Assembly (NCBI GenBank): GCA_024679065.1
Contig: JAGIQG010000004.1
Coordinates: forward strand, 54,374,001-54,438,000
Source: Sphyrna mokarran
Taxonomy: Eukaryota
Direction of reading: 5' to 3'
Length of the DNA: 64,000 nt
Shown: positions 14,698-28,750 of the stretch, piece after piece
Layout: each line of letters starts with the position of its first letter
How positions within the stretch are numbered: the first letter of the stretch is position 1
The notes under the pieces: model-generated
What the model was told of the DNA's origin: nothing
The model's input: only the letters and a program-made list of their open reading frames with translations
The model's database searches: none
Program-made: the position numbers and the translations under genes

Positions 14698-14784
14698 CTA
14701 CAGAAACAAATGATTGAAATAAGAAACCGCGCAACTTATACATAGTCATAACTAGGATGTAGAAAACGATCAACTTAATGCAAG

Positions 14785-16965
14785 TTATTGCAGAATTGCA
14801 AGAAAATTCTGACAGCAGCGTGGGAAAAGCTGTTTTTGAATCGCTTGATACATGATTTCAGACTTGTGCACCTTCTTCCTGACGGAAGGAGGTGGAAGAG
14901 AGTATCTGTGGTGCACAGGGTTCTTGGTTATGCTGGCTGCTTTGCCTAGGTACTGGGAAGTGTAGACAGAACCGATGACTGGGAAGCCGGTTATGTGATG
15001 GACTGGTCTACATTCACAAACTTCTGTAGTCTTTTGCTGTCTTGGGTAGATCAGGAGCCGTACTAAGCTGTGATACAATCAGAATGCATCTGCAAAAGTT
15101 GGTAAGGGTTATAGCTGACATGCCAAATTTTCTTAGTCTTCTGAGAAGGTAGAGGCTTTGGGCTTACGTGACTATAATGCCAGTGTGGGTGTACCAGCAC
15201 AGGTTGGTGACCTGGACACCTAAACTTTCTACTTCTCCGTTGATGTAGTTGGGCATGTTCTTTATGCTTCCTGAAGTCAGTGACAATCTCCTTCGTTTTG
15301 TTGGCATTTAGGGAGAGATTATTGTTGCCGAACATGTTGACCATATTCTCTGTCTCATCCTTGCATGTTCTCTCACCATTATTTGAGATCTGACCCAGGA
15401 GGGTGGTCATCAGCAAACTTGAAAATCGAATTAATGGGGAATTTAGCCACACGTCGTAGGGGTGGGGGCACCAGTGAGGATGATCGTGGAGGAGATGGTA
15501 TATGAAACATAGTACGGTACAAGTCCTTTGGGCCTTGATTTGTTATGTTGAGCTTTGTCCGAAACCAAGATCAAACTATCCCACTCCCTATCATTCTGGT
15601 GTGCTCCATGTGCCTATTCAACAACTATTTGAAAGTTCCTAAAGTGTCTGACTCCACTGTCACACCATTTCACACCCCAACCATTCGGACATCTTTCCTA
15701 TCCCTCCTATCTCCCACCATGAACCTTATAGATATGCCCACTAGTAATATCTACATCCACCAAAAGAAATAGTCTCTGAACGTCCACTCTATCTATCCCC
15801 AGCATCTTATAAACCTCTTAAGTCACCTCTCATCCTGCTCTGCTCTAAAGTGAAAAACCCCCAGCTCTCTCAACTTTTCTTCATAAGACCTACTCTCCAA
15901 ATCAGGCAGCATTCTGGTAAATTTCTGCACTCTCTCCAATGCTGCCACATACTTCTTATAATGACGTGATCAGAATTACTCCAAATGTGGTCCCACCAAG
16001 GTCTTTATAACTGCAGCATAACCCTATGGCTCTTAAACGCAACCCCCCTGTTAATAAACGATAGCACACTATACACCTTCCTCACGCTTCTATCCACTTG
16101 AGTGGCAACCTTCAGAGATCTGTGGATATGAACCCCAAGATCTCTCTGTTCATTCACATACCTCAGAACCCTGCCGTTGACCCTGTAATCCGCATTCAAA
16201 CTTGTTCTAATAAAATTATCACTTCACGCTTATCAGGGTTAAACTCCATCTGCCACTTTTCGGCCCAGTTCTGCATCCTATCAATGTCTCTTTGCAGCCT
16301 ACAAGAGCCCTCCACCTCATCCAGTACTCTTGGTATTACCAGAAGATTTACTGACCCATGCTTCAGTCCCCTCTTCCAAGTCATTGATAAAAATCACAAA
16401 TAGCAGAGGACCCATCACTGATCCCTGTGGTACACCGCTGGTTACTGGCATCCAGTCTGAAAATTTTCCATCCACCATCATCCTGTGTTTTCTATGAGCT
16501 AGCCAGTTACTTATCCAATCAGCCAAATTTCCTTCTGCCCCAAACCTCCTTACTTTCTTTATGAGTCTACCAAAGGGAACCTTACCAACCGCCTTACTAA
16601 AATCCATGTCTACAACATCAAATGTCTACCTTCATCGACACACTTATTTACCATCTCAAAGAACTTGGTGTTGCCTATTGTTACTAATTGTGGTCTGTGA
16701 GTTAGGAAATTTAGGATCCGGTCACAGAGAGAGATGCCGAGGTCTAGGCTAGGGTTTGGAGATAAGTTTCTTAGGAATAGTGATGTTGAAGGCTGGGGTG
16801 TAGCCAATAAATAGGAGCCTGGCATAAGTATCCTTTTTGTTTAGGTGTTCCTGGTTGAGTGCAGCGCCAGGGAGATGGCGTCTCTGTGTACCTGTTGTGG
16901 TAGTAGGCAGGTAGTCCGGAAGGCTGGAATTGATTTGTGCCATGATTAACTTTTCAAAAAACTTC
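14785..16965 (-). mobile_element. Rex1/Babar-type LINE split by a CR1 insertion (~15510-16665, minus)
   Basis: SLNANKTKEIVTDFRK and LCDRILNFLTHRPQ are Rex1-like. The inner part has CR1 RT ([19 protein letters not shown]). Confidence 0.75.
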
Positions 16966-16969
16966 ATAT

Positions 16970-17930
16970 TGGATGCATAGGGCCAAACTCAAGATTAAAG
17001 TCAGAAATTTCAGCACTTGTGTGATTTTTGTAGAAGTTAGACAAAGGAAAAATGGTAGCATTCTGAAAGTGCCATAGAGATGCAAAAAGGTGTATTCATT
17101 TTTTTCATTATAAAAAGATGCTTTTAAGGTGACATGTGAAGAATTGATGAGCATGCTAGAATCTCTTGACCTTAGCCTCAAAGATCTTGGTGATAAATCT
17201 TCAATGAGAACAAGCTGCAGGCACAACAGTGGAAAAAATTCAAATGAGTTTTGCTAAGATTAAAGAGGAATCAAGCAAAAATGTTTTCTCCCCTGTTTTT
17301 TAAAATTTTGTTTATATAGTGAAAATATTCTTGAGCTTGCTGAAATTGGTTAGCAATTAGAACCTTAATGTACATCAATGATCCTGTTCTTATTGCTGAC
17401 TCTGAAGAGAAACTGAAAGATTTTGGATTGAGTTCAGTGAAAGTGAGAAGGGCTGAGTTTAAATTGTAAAAATGTTTAGCAATGTCCAGAAAGAAAATCA
17501 GTGCAATCAAGAAATAAAATAAAGGATGCAGTGGTTGAAGATGCATTTCAAAACTCCAAATTAACCGTGAAAACAAAGCTGAGAATTCTGGCATACGATA
17601 ACATAATTGTCATAAGGAGTGCATGTTGGATCATCAGTGAAGCACTGGAGACTTGTTTTTTTTTGATGAATAATGAAAACCTCTGGCTATGTTGGACAAT
17701 GAAGGAGTGAGACCAACAGAACTCTGCTGCCTAAAAAGAGGAAAAGACTGTTGAAATAGCCTGGGCATGCAATAAAAACATGATTGAGAAGCTTTGCAAT
17801 GGGGAATGCAGATGATCAAAATGAAATAAACAAAACTATATATTTAAAAAGTCTTTCAGATCAGATGATTGAAGATGATCCACATCCCTTGAGACAGATG
17901 AATGTAAAGATCAATGGTCGTCAATGTCCT
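16970..17930 (+). mobile_element. Decayed RTE-clade LINE fragment
   Basis: 17370-17425 translates YINDPVLIADSEEKLKD, resembling RTE YADDTVLIAxSEExLQ. Confidence 0.6.
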
Positions 17931-18389
17931 CTTAAATCATGGTATCCAAAGACAGATTTTTAAGTTTGTTTATTAGTGTCACAATAACAGTGAAGTTGTG
18001 TGAAAACCCCCAAGTTACCACAAACTGGTTCCTGTTCATTGATGAAGTATTTTATATTCCTCTCAACTTATCCTCCCATCCCGCTTCGTCTGATCTGCAA
18101 ATTTGGAGATGTTGTATTTGGCTCCATCTAAATTCATTATTATACATTGTGAATAGTAGGGGCCCTAGCACTGATCTATGTATTACTGTTATACTGTGAC
18201 AGCACACTGTGGAAGAACTTAGCATGACCAAAAAACCTAACAAATTTTTTGGACTATGGGAGGGAAGTGGAATTCCTGGAGGAAACCTGTGCAGACTCTG
18301 CACAGACAGTGACCCAACCCAGGTCCCTGCTGCTATGAGGCAGCCATACTAAGCACTGCCACCATATGTTATGAAAGAGAGCCTGATGT

Positions 18390-19546
18390 CAGTAGAGGGG
18401 AACAATTCGAGTCCGATTATTCAGGTGAAAATAACAATGCTTGGAAAACCGTGGCAGATTTAGACAGTGTGTATTTATGAGGGAAAGGACGCTTAACAAA
18501 TCAACTGGGATTCTTTGAGCATGTAACTAGTAGAGTTGATGATGGGGAGCCAGTGGATGTGATCTATTTCCATTTTCAGAATGCTTATGATAGTTAAATA
18601 CATGGGATGGCTGTTAAGTGTATTGAGATGGATAGCAAACTCATTAGCAGACAGTAGAAATAGATCTGTTTCTAAATGGCAGGCAGTAACTCGTGTGGTA
18701 TCACAGGGATTAGTGCAAGGACCTAAATAGTCACAATTATATATTAATGAATTTAGATGGAACCAAGTGCAATATTTCCACATTTACAGATGAGACGAAG
18801 CTGGATTGGAGGATGAGCTAAGGGGTGTAAAATGCTTCATAATTATTAGTTGGATAAGCTGAATGAAGGCAAATGTATGGCAGATGCAGTATAATGTGAA
18901 TAAATGTGAAGTTATCCCCTTTGGTAGCAAAAACAGAAAGGCAGGTTATTATGTGGCTGTAAATTGAGAGTTAGGAATGTGAAATGAGATCGGGTGTCTT
19001 CCTAACACCGTCACTGGAAGAAAGGATATGGTACGCTGGCCTTAGTGAGAGGATTTGAGTCGAGGAGCTGGAATGCCTTGCTGCATTATGCAGTGCTTTG
19101 GTGAGGCCACACCTGGAGTATTGTGTGCAGTTTTGATTTCTTAGTCTGAGGAAGGGCATTCTTGTTGGGCAGGGAATGTGGCAAAGGTTTATCAGGCTAA
19201 TTCCTGGGATGCTGTGACTGATGTCTGAGGAGCAGTTGAGCTGGGTAGGATTATATTTGCTGGAGTTCAGAAGAATGAGGGGGCAGCCTCATAAATCTAT
19301 AAAATTCCTGCAGGACACGATAGTGAGGGGACTCTAGAACCAGGAGTCATAGGTCAAAGATATGGGTTAAATTTTTTTTAAGACTGAAATGAGGAATAAT
19401 TTCTTCATGCAGAGAGGGAGGCCAATGGCATTTAATATGCAAAGCATTTGAGGCCAGAGCATTTTGTTCTCAAGAAGTTAGACTAATTCTTGGGCAAAGG
19501 GAGATCAAAGAGTAAGGTGAAAGGTGGGATTGAGTTGGATGATACA
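18390..19546 (+). mobile_element. Older decayed CR1 LINE interrupted by the young CR1
   Basis: Degenerate RT/C-terminal sequence (gtgaggccacacctggagtattgtgtgcag). Confidence 0.8.
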
Positions 19547-21323
19547 GCACAGGTTGAGAAGAGAAGAGGTAGGGCCTATAAAAGGTGAAGGGGGAAAAGT
19601 CTGTGTGAATCCGGAAGAAATGGCAGAGGTGCTTAACGAGTACTTTGCCTCGGTATTCACGGTGGAAAGTGAACTGGGAGATTGCACTGCAGGTTTGCGG
19701 CATACGGAAAAGATTGAGTATGTGGATGTTAGGGAAGAGGATGTGTTAGACCTGTTAAATTCTATCAAGATAGACAAGTCGCCGGGACCGGATGGGATGT
19801 ACCCCAGGTTATTGTGGGAGGTGAGAGAAGTGGTTGCAGAGCCCCTGGCGATGATCTTTGCGTCATCCATGGAAACGGAGAGGTTTCAGAGGATTGGAGG
19901 ATTGCGAATGTGGTTCCTATCTTTAAGAAAGGGAACAGGGATAGTCCAGGAAATTACCGACCAGTGAGTTTAACTTCAGTGGTTGGTAAGCTGATGGAGA
20001 GGCTTCTGAGGGATAAGATATATGAACATTTGGAGAAGTTTGGACTGATTAGAAATAGTCAGCATGGTTTTGTCAAGGGCAGGTCATGCATTACAAGCCT
20101 AGTTGAGTTCTTCGAAAATGTGACTGAACACATTGACGAAGGAAGGGCGGTGGATGTAGTGTACATGGACTTTAGCAAGGCGTTTGATAAGGTCCCCCAT
20201 GCAAGGCTTTTGGAGAAGGTGAGAGGGCATGGGATCCAAGGGGCTTTAGCCTTGTGGATCCAGAACTGGCTTGCCAGCAGAAGGCAGAGAGTGGTTGTGG
20301 ATGGGTCTTGTTCTGCATGGAGGTCGGTAACCAGTGGAGTGCCCCAGGGATCTGTTCTGGGACCCCTGCTGTTTGTCATTTTCATAAATAACCTGGATGA
20401 GGAAGTGGAGGGATGGGTTAGCAAGTTCGCCGACGATACAAAGATCGGTGGTGTTGTGGATGGTCTGGAGGGATGCCAAAAGTTGCAGCGGGACATAGGC
20501 AGGATGCAAAACTGGGTGGAGAAGTGGCAGATGGACTTCAACGCAAATAAATGTGTAGTGGTCCATTTTGGCAGGAATAATGGGATGAAGAAGTACAATA
20601 TAAGGGGTAGGAGTCTTAGCTGTGTTGTAGAGCAGAAGAATCTCGGGGTCCGGGTCCATAGGACTCTTAAATCGGCCTCGCAGGTGGAGGAAGTGGTCAA
20701 GAAGGCGTACAGTGTACTGTCCTTCATTAATCGAGGAATAGAGTTTAGGAGTCGGGAGGTAATGATGCAGCTCTATAAGACTCTTGTCAGACCCCAGTTG
20801 GAGTATTGTGCGCAGTTCTGGTCGCCTCATTATAGGAAGGATGTAGAGGCTATTGAGAGGTTCAGAGGAGATTTACAAGGATGCTGCCTGGATTGGGAGG
20901 CAGGCCTTATGAAGATAGGTTGAGGGAGCTGGGACTCTTCTCACTGGAGAGACGTAGGTTGAGAGGCGACCTGATAGAGGTTTATAAAATGTTGAGAGGA
21001 ATAGATAGGGTGGACTCTCAGAGACTATTTCCCCGAGCTGAAATGGTCACTACGAGAGGACACAGATTTAAGGTGTAGGAAGCAAATACAAAGGAGATGT
21101 CAGGGGTAAGTTTTTCACTCAGAGGGTGGTGAGTGAATGGAACCGACTGCCGTCGGAGGTTGTTGAGGCAAACTCACTGGGATCTTTTAAGAGACTTCTG
21201 GATGAGTATATAGAAAAGAATAGGATAGGGGGTTATAGATAGGTCTGTGGATTGGTAGATGTGATCGGTGCAACTCGTGGCCAAAGGGCCTGTTTGTGCT
21301 GTATTGTTCTACGTTCTATGTTC
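19547..21323 (+). mobile_element. CR1-clade LINE, young, 5'-truncated, frameshifted RT
   Basis: ORFs 19524-19967, 19814-20923 and 20881-21078 carry CR1 RT motifs. ttctatg tail. Confidence 0.95.
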
Positions 21324-21636
21324 AATGGTTAGCACGGCTGCCTTAGTGCCAGGAACAGGTTTAGATTCTGACCTTGGGTTCTATCTGTAGAGTTTGCACT
21401 ATTTCCCCATGTCTGTGGGTTTCCTCCAGATGCTCCAATAGGTTGGGGTAGATTAGCCATGGTGAAGGCACAGTTATGAGAATAGGGCCTGAATAAGATG
21501 TTGTTTTGATGAATTGATGCAGACTCAAATAGACTCATGCACTGTAAGTGTTCTATGATCTGCCCATGATACTGAATGGAGTATTCTGAACTTGCTGTTT
21601 TCCTGCCAAGTTTAGGTTACTCTGTTTACTAGCTAA

Positions 21637-21843
<207 letters not shown>

Positions 21844-23727
21844 TAATAATGGAAAGTAATTCTTGCACAATACTTCATTCAGATCTATAGATTGCTTAAA
21901 ACTTAGAGGGAAAGGCGCAGGAGGGGGATCAGCACTAAGTTGTTCTAATATTTTTGCGTTGGCTTTTTATGGCAGTTGCCTCAACTGCAGACAATAAATT
22001 TACCAATTTTGAATCAGATCTATACTATGTATTTGGATCCTTGCATTTTAAAAGTAAGACGCAGACAGTGGGTCCTATTGGGGATCTACATCGCATATTG
22101 TGACAATATGTTGCATGTTTTCTTGCCAACGTGATTGCCTTATTTACAAGCTAACTGTGTATTTGAGCAAATTAGTCTTCTTTCTTTGCTCTACTTATGT
22201 TAGGGAAATGAGTAGGCCATTTAGCTCTGTAAACCTACTCCATATTCACTAATGTCATGGCTGACCTACGGCTGAACTCCGAATAGGGCATTCTCTCTCA
22301 TGTCTCACAATATTTGTTTAAATTTCTATGAAGAGCTCTGTCCTTGAAATAGTGTGAAACTGAAGAGACATAATGATTTGGAAACCCCTTTTTAGATCAT
22401 CCAGAATCTTCTGATAGAAACGTTACTTTAGCAAATTCAGCCCATGGTGTCTTTCGTGTGTTGTTAATTGGACCTTCAGGTGAAAATTTTTGCTTTGTAA
22501 ATTGCTGCAACTGTCAATAGTTAATAGAATGAGGGGGTTTCTAAGACTCGCAAACAACAAGATAAAATGCATCTTATGAGAATAAGGATTAAGAAAAAGG
22601 GTGGGTTGTGTCCGATCTGAACAGGATATAAAGATTAGATTGGTGGGGAAAAGTCCATTAAAGGGGTACTTGTGTGATCAAAAATTATTAGGTTTACTGT
22701 TGTTGTCAGTTAATGGACTGTTAATATAAAAGTTTCATGGGAATTTGACCTTTCACAAATGAAGTGATGTACTTTTTCCAGCAATCTGTGGCAATTCACA
22801 GCTTTGGGAATAGTTCTTCAATATCAAGTTGGTGACCAATTTTCACATCAGCAGTGTGTATCAATCGTTTTTTTTCTCTCCCTTGAATGTTGGCCCGATC
22901 CAAAGTTGGGATGTTTACATGAGCTGAGGGAGAAGATCCCTTTTAGTAAAGGGCATCTGTCCCCACCATCCTTTGCTCCCGTGACTCATTTTCTGTGAAG
23001 AATTTGTTGACACTTTAACATTATTCCTATTAGCATAGTATAACTGATACTGGGGGATTCCAATGTGGGTTATATCAGCTGCTCTATAGCATACAATTGG
23101 GCAGCCTGAAAACTACTGCAGCTTTCTTGAAATAATTTAATTAGTGCTCATGTAATTAATTGCATTGTTCATAGTTAAGAGAAAATCAATTTATGCACAG
23201 TAAATGTTTGCATTTTTCAATGTATCTCTTTTGAATTCTATGTTTAATTTTATTTATAACTGAAGTTTATGAATAGCTCATGGTGGCCATCTAATTCCAG
23301 TTTCCCTGAACATTGACCATGGCTTCTATCAGCCACGGGCTTGATCAGTTTTTGAAATCCAATCAAAGGCATTTTGTAGCCCTGCCCTGACTTGCCTGGT
23401 ACTTCTGTTCAACTCTACAATAAATGAAGACAAAGAACTAACTGGCACATTTTTTTTTAAAAAGAAATGTTTCTTTCTGCTTGTGTAATTGTTGTGTTTT
23501 CTACTTTATTAAATGGATAAAAATAACTTCTGACGGTTTTAATTGTATAGAGAGATTTCACCTTGATCATTTTGACTTTGCAAGTAGATGTAGCACTCAA
23601 TCTAATAGGATTGGCAATTCACTGAATGGTTTTTGTGGCTTTAAGTTCACTGCTCTCTTGCTGTCCAACTCAAATCTCATACATATTTAGTCTTTTTATA
23701 ATCAGATCTGGAACTCATGGGTTGAGA

Positions 23728-23965
23728 TGAGTTATAGGACGGATATCAGAGGTAGGTTCTTTACTCAAAGAGTGATTAGGGAGTGGAATGCCCTGCCTGC
23801 AGCTGTTGTAGATGCGCCAAGTTTGGTGGCGTTTAAGAGGTTAGTTGATAAGTATATGGATGAGAAGGGAATGGTTTAGTTAGGAGGGGCATTGCTTTTT
23901 ATTTTGGTCGGCACAACATCGAAGGCCGAAGGGCCTGTTCTGTGCTGTATTGTTCTATGTTCTAT
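23728..23965 (+). mobile_element. Short CR1 3' end
   Basis: Nearly identical to 58790-59030, with ttctatg tail. Confidence 0.85.
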
Positions 23966-26900
23966 GAGATGTTAACTTTTATCTGTTTAACACAAAGTAA
24001 TGTTTTCTGCTCATTCCATCTGATTAAGGTGTGTAAATGACCTGACTGCTGCTGGTTTGTGGGTCAGTTCAATTTGTCCCAGTGTCTGCTGAGTATGATT
24101 TAAATTGTGTGAAGTATTTTAATCTTCAGAAAATTGCAATGCTCAGAATCAGTGGGAACTACAGTAAATGCCAGATTGCAGGCCGTCATAAGGCTGTTTG
24201 CAGATCTTAATTTTTTTATATAAAACACATTGAGTCTTAAAACTATAAAGCAATTTAACATGCACTAAAGTATTGAGGATAGCCTAGGCTGTTTTTTTTA
24301 CAAAAAGTTGTAATTCTGAATAGTAATGAACCAAGTGCAGGTCTAGGGGTTTGCGCTTCCAGTTGGTGGGACAGCAGTTCCTTTATTACTAATTTTGTAT
24401 GGGAAACATGCTTCTTAGCAAGAACTCTGGAAGTTAGAATATGAGAATTTTAGAATCATTATTGACTGTAGTAGTTCAATGACCACTGTAACCTTGGTGA
24501 TAAATGAGTCCTTGCCAGCATTATCCGCACTTGAAAATACTATCTTGCCTATCTTCAATCTGTATATCCATTGTATTGCACATCACACTGACAGAATGGA
24601 ATGCCAAAACATCACCTTTAACAGATGTGGGATGCAATTAGTAGTGCTGTCAGTAAGATTGCTGTAACCCTGTTTAATTAAAATGCACTGAAAATGTTGC
24701 AGTTTACACAATGTTTTGCCTTAAAATTGGTTGGTGCCAGGACAGAACTGTAAGGATCGTAAGGTAAGAATGGGTCCATCACTAGTGGGAGTGATTTCAA
24801 AAAAAATTACTTTAGTGTACAGCACTTGACTTTATATAGTCCTGCTGGCATTTGATAAGACTATCACTGGTTTTGCTGTAGCTTTGATAACCTAAAAGAA
24901 ATAAACAATTGGTTATACTTTTTGTGGTTTCACTCTATCTTCATATTCTTGGCCACTGTTTCTTAATACCTTTCCACCCCCAACCACCAAATAAAAATTG
25001 CAAAACTGATCTCCATTTTCAGCAAAGTAGCACTGTGGAATTTCATAATCCGTTTATACAATCCCTCTATACTTCGTTATGCAACCTGACTATGGTTCCT
25101 GTGTCTTCTGAGTTATAGGAAGTAATTGATTTGCAATGTTCATGCACAAGGTTCACAAATGTGTTCAGTCAGCTGGCACATTTTATCACTGCAATGAAAA
25201 CTGCAGTGGGTAGCACTGCTTCTGTGCCAGAGACCTACGTGTGATTCCTGGCATGGGTCACTGTGTGGAGTTTGCACATTCTCACTATGTCTATGTGGGT
25301 TTCTTCCAGATGCTCCGGTTTCCGTTCACACTCCAAAGATGTGCTGGTTAAGTTGGACATGCTAAATTGCCCCACAGTGTCAGGAGGTTAGTAGGGTTAT
25401 GGGATAGGTCCTGGATGGGATTGTGATTGGTCGCCTCCTGCACTGTAGGAATTCTATGACAGCACAGTTGGTGTCTGTTAGCAAAATTGTTTCGTTGACC
25501 CTGTTGGATCTTTGGGTTGATTAATTGAACTGGGAGCAGCACAAAAATGAAGCAATTTTTCTGTAGTTGCTGTCGATAAAGTATTCTGACTAGCCTAGTT
25601 ATGTTTTCTCCTTTTTTAAAAGGTAGGATTATGGTGTTGCAGGCAATAGGCTTATCTGTCCCCCTTTTGAAATTGGATAACTTATTCTTGGGTTCTATTA
25701 AACAGTTTGAATTTTGCGGAATGGTGGTGCACTGAATTTCCCATTATCCTATGCCACGTGGTTGGTGATTACAACATGTTTGTTGTTGCCTGAAACAGAA
25801 CAAATTTTATAAAGGAAACTGTTAAACACAAATATTTATTTTATTAAAGTTGAATTGATTGGCACTTAACGCTCCATAAGGAATCTCCAAATCTGATCTC
25901 AAACCATGGAAATTCAATTTTAAGAACTATCATAAACTGACATTACAACATCTGTATGACTTGGTCGATAGCATTTCAAACTTGAGCAAATTTATAACAT
26001 GCTATCCAAAGAAATAAAATATTTGCAAAGTCTTCTTGGTGTGAAAAAGCATCTGATATTAGGCTTGTTTCATTGGATAAGTGACTAATTCTCCTATTTT
26101 ACAATCTTTGCTTTGTGAATTCTTGCCATTATTATGTACTTTAATTGCAATAAATGAAACTACGTGGTTAATGAACAAATATCAGGAGGCTGTGTGACAC
26201 AGTAGGTATCTGCTTCTGAGGTAGAAGCTCTGGGTTCAAGCCTGACTCCAGGAGTTGCAGGTCAAGAAAGGTTAATCAAGGAAAGTTGCTAAATAAATTG
26301 AGTAACTTGTGAATCCTTAATGTCCACCAACAGTAGACAGTAAGAACAAGAGAAATTTCCATCACATAGTCAGCCATGTGATGGAAATTAACTGAAGCCT
26401 CTACCATCACTACTCACTCGGGGTAGAACATAATAGTGTGTTACTAGAGCAACTGACTCCTTGGACGGTTAAATAGCTGGTGTCTATCAGTCTCATACCA
26501 ATATTTGGATTAACCCTCAGACTGGAGTGGATTGGGACCTGCTTCGTTGCTGTGGGATCAGAGTGCTATCGGTTAGACCCGCCTTCAGGCAGAGCTGAGG
26601 AATCAAATACCTGGAGCTATATCTATTAAAAAGCTCAATGATGAGTTATTTTTAGATTTTCAACTTCTCTCTCTTTGTCACATTTACTTCTGCATACTCT
26701 ACATGTTTGTCTTGATGATTAAATTTTGAGGTTTTCTTGAAGTCAGCGAGCTGCAGAGTGGCGTAAGTCAGCTTGTCATCTCTGCTTTGTTTAGTCTGTG
26801 AAAGCAATATTTAATACCTGTTAAATGGTCCTCATTACTTGAGATAATGAGGTTTTTAAAAAGGCTGCAATGAAGTTTTCTTTCATTTCAAGTCACAGTT

Positions 26901-28507
26901 AACAAGAACACACAGCCCATCAAGTTTAAAGAGCTCTCTTTGGAGCAATTTAGTCCCCCTTTCTCTTATCCTAAATAAAAGTGGCCATCCAATTTCTTTT
27001 GAAATTATTGGTCTGTTTCCCTCTATTCCTGGCAGCCCACAAACCTATCTCCAACCTATTTTTAACATTCACCCCCTCCCCCACATCCCTTGCCCAGAAA
27101 CCTCATTCTTGTACCATCAACTAATGGGAACAGCACAATGAATCTTTTCTCCCAGGAGACAAACACTAGCTTTTCCATGCCTAGAACCATTGTTACATTT
27201 CCTCTGTGCGGCCCACACATACTAATGTGTGCTGACCTGAGCAGGCTCAAAATCCGTGGACTAACCAAAACTTTATAAAGCTTTAATATTAGAATCATGG
27301 AATCCATCTAAGTGTGCACCGATTATCCAGGCCCATTACCTCTATTCTATAACCCTGTGTCTTTAGTATACCTAACCTACACAACCTACTTTTCAAGTTT
27401 TACTAACCATTCTCTTACGATGTCCTGCACTACAATCTTCAAAGATTGATACACATAGACTCCCAGCTCTCAGTTCTGCACACTGTTTGAAGCTGTGCCA
27501 GTACATCTATTGTGTTTATCTCTATCCCTTCTGCCAAAGTCCAGCACCTTGTGTTTTTAGATTGCATTTTGCCACTTATCTGCCTATTCTGCTACTTTGT
27601 GTCCTGATGCAGCCCATTAAAACTCATCCTTTGTTAGCTCCTCCAAGTTTGGTATCATTGACAATTGTTTGTACTGGTTTTATTTTGGGTCTCTCTTCTT
27701 CAAATTCCTCCCCCAAATCGCGTTAGTCTTATGTATCAATCATCGCGTTCCCCTGCTATTATAATCAATTTAAGACAGCAGACGCATATTTCAATTAAAA
27801 TAGCAGACAAATAAATTTAGTACTTACAGACTGGTGGTTACTTGGATACTGTGATATGGCTACATAATGGGGGTCATATGGCAAGAGTGCAGGTAGACAT
27901 ACTATGCTGCACGGTGTATTTCATACACTGTTATTGTCCTAATAGTTGGTCGCCAGTTATTGGAACCCAGCAAAAAATATTTGAAATGCTGGTGTTACAA
28001 CTGGGTCTTAAAACTGAATTTTGCATCAGCCCTGCTAACCTATCTGATCTACTTGTCCCCAGGACAAGTTTCCAAGGTGCTATTTACCCATTTGGCTTCC
28101 TCTCCCCTCTTTCCCATCCCTCCCCCAAAATCTCTGGGTCATGAGGCAGATATGAATACTAGCTGAGATCAGCCAACACCATCAGTTGGTTGATTTAAAT
28201 GTGGAGCCTTGCCAATCACTGCAGCTCAGTGTAGTACCACTTAACAATAATTTTCACCAATTATTTACCCGTATTTACAATTAATGATCTGAGCTGTATC
28301 TGGAAATATACAATGCTCTTCTCTATCTGTATGGGTTTGGATTTTTCCTGGTACTGGTTTCGACAAGGCATTGTTAGGTGAGTTTCTTATTTTGTGGTAT
28401 AGAACAATCATCACAGCTAGCTCCAAAACGGAAACAGAGTCCAGCGCCCTTTTTATATTGCCCCTGATTGCTTTTTCCAACTAAATCAGTTGGAGACATG
28501 CTGGTGA

Positions 28508-28513
28508 TTTATT
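28508..28513 (-). promoter_or_regulatory. Candidate polyadenylation signal of gene 1
   Basis: AATAAA on the minus strand ~110 nt after the stop codon. Confidence 0.35.
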
Positions 28514-28621
28514 GGACAGAATAAAATGAGTCCTAATGTCAAACCACCCTGTGCAGTTTCAGTAATGATTGTGAAACAGAGTGTTGATCTTGAATGAAAA
28601 TAGTTTGGATATTAATTGGCC

Positions 28622-28750
28622 CTAGTCCTTCTGCCCTACCTGGGAATAGATGGTCTGCTCTGTCTCGTGTCTCCGTTTGGAGGATCCATTGTCATGTTTC
28701 AAATTTAGACTGGCGTAGGCAACAATTTCCTTATTTGGTCTTTGTTGAAC
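28622..28750 (-). CDS. IgSF receptor gene 1, exon 6: terminal exon with ITIM (VAYASL) and ITSM (TIYSQV)
   Basis: Acceptor ttttttcctctctgcag|, phase 0, VQQRPNKEIVAYASLNLKHDNGSSKRRHETEQTIYSQVGQKD*. Same length and stop position as the paralog exon at 10650. Confidence 0.85.
   Translation of the reverse strand, partial: VQQRPNKEIVAYASLNLKHDNGSSKRRHETEQTIYSQVGQKD

Noticed and set aside
20059-20830. Long antisense ORFs (222 and 194 aa)
   Set aside because: Shadow frames of the CR1 reverse transcriptase.
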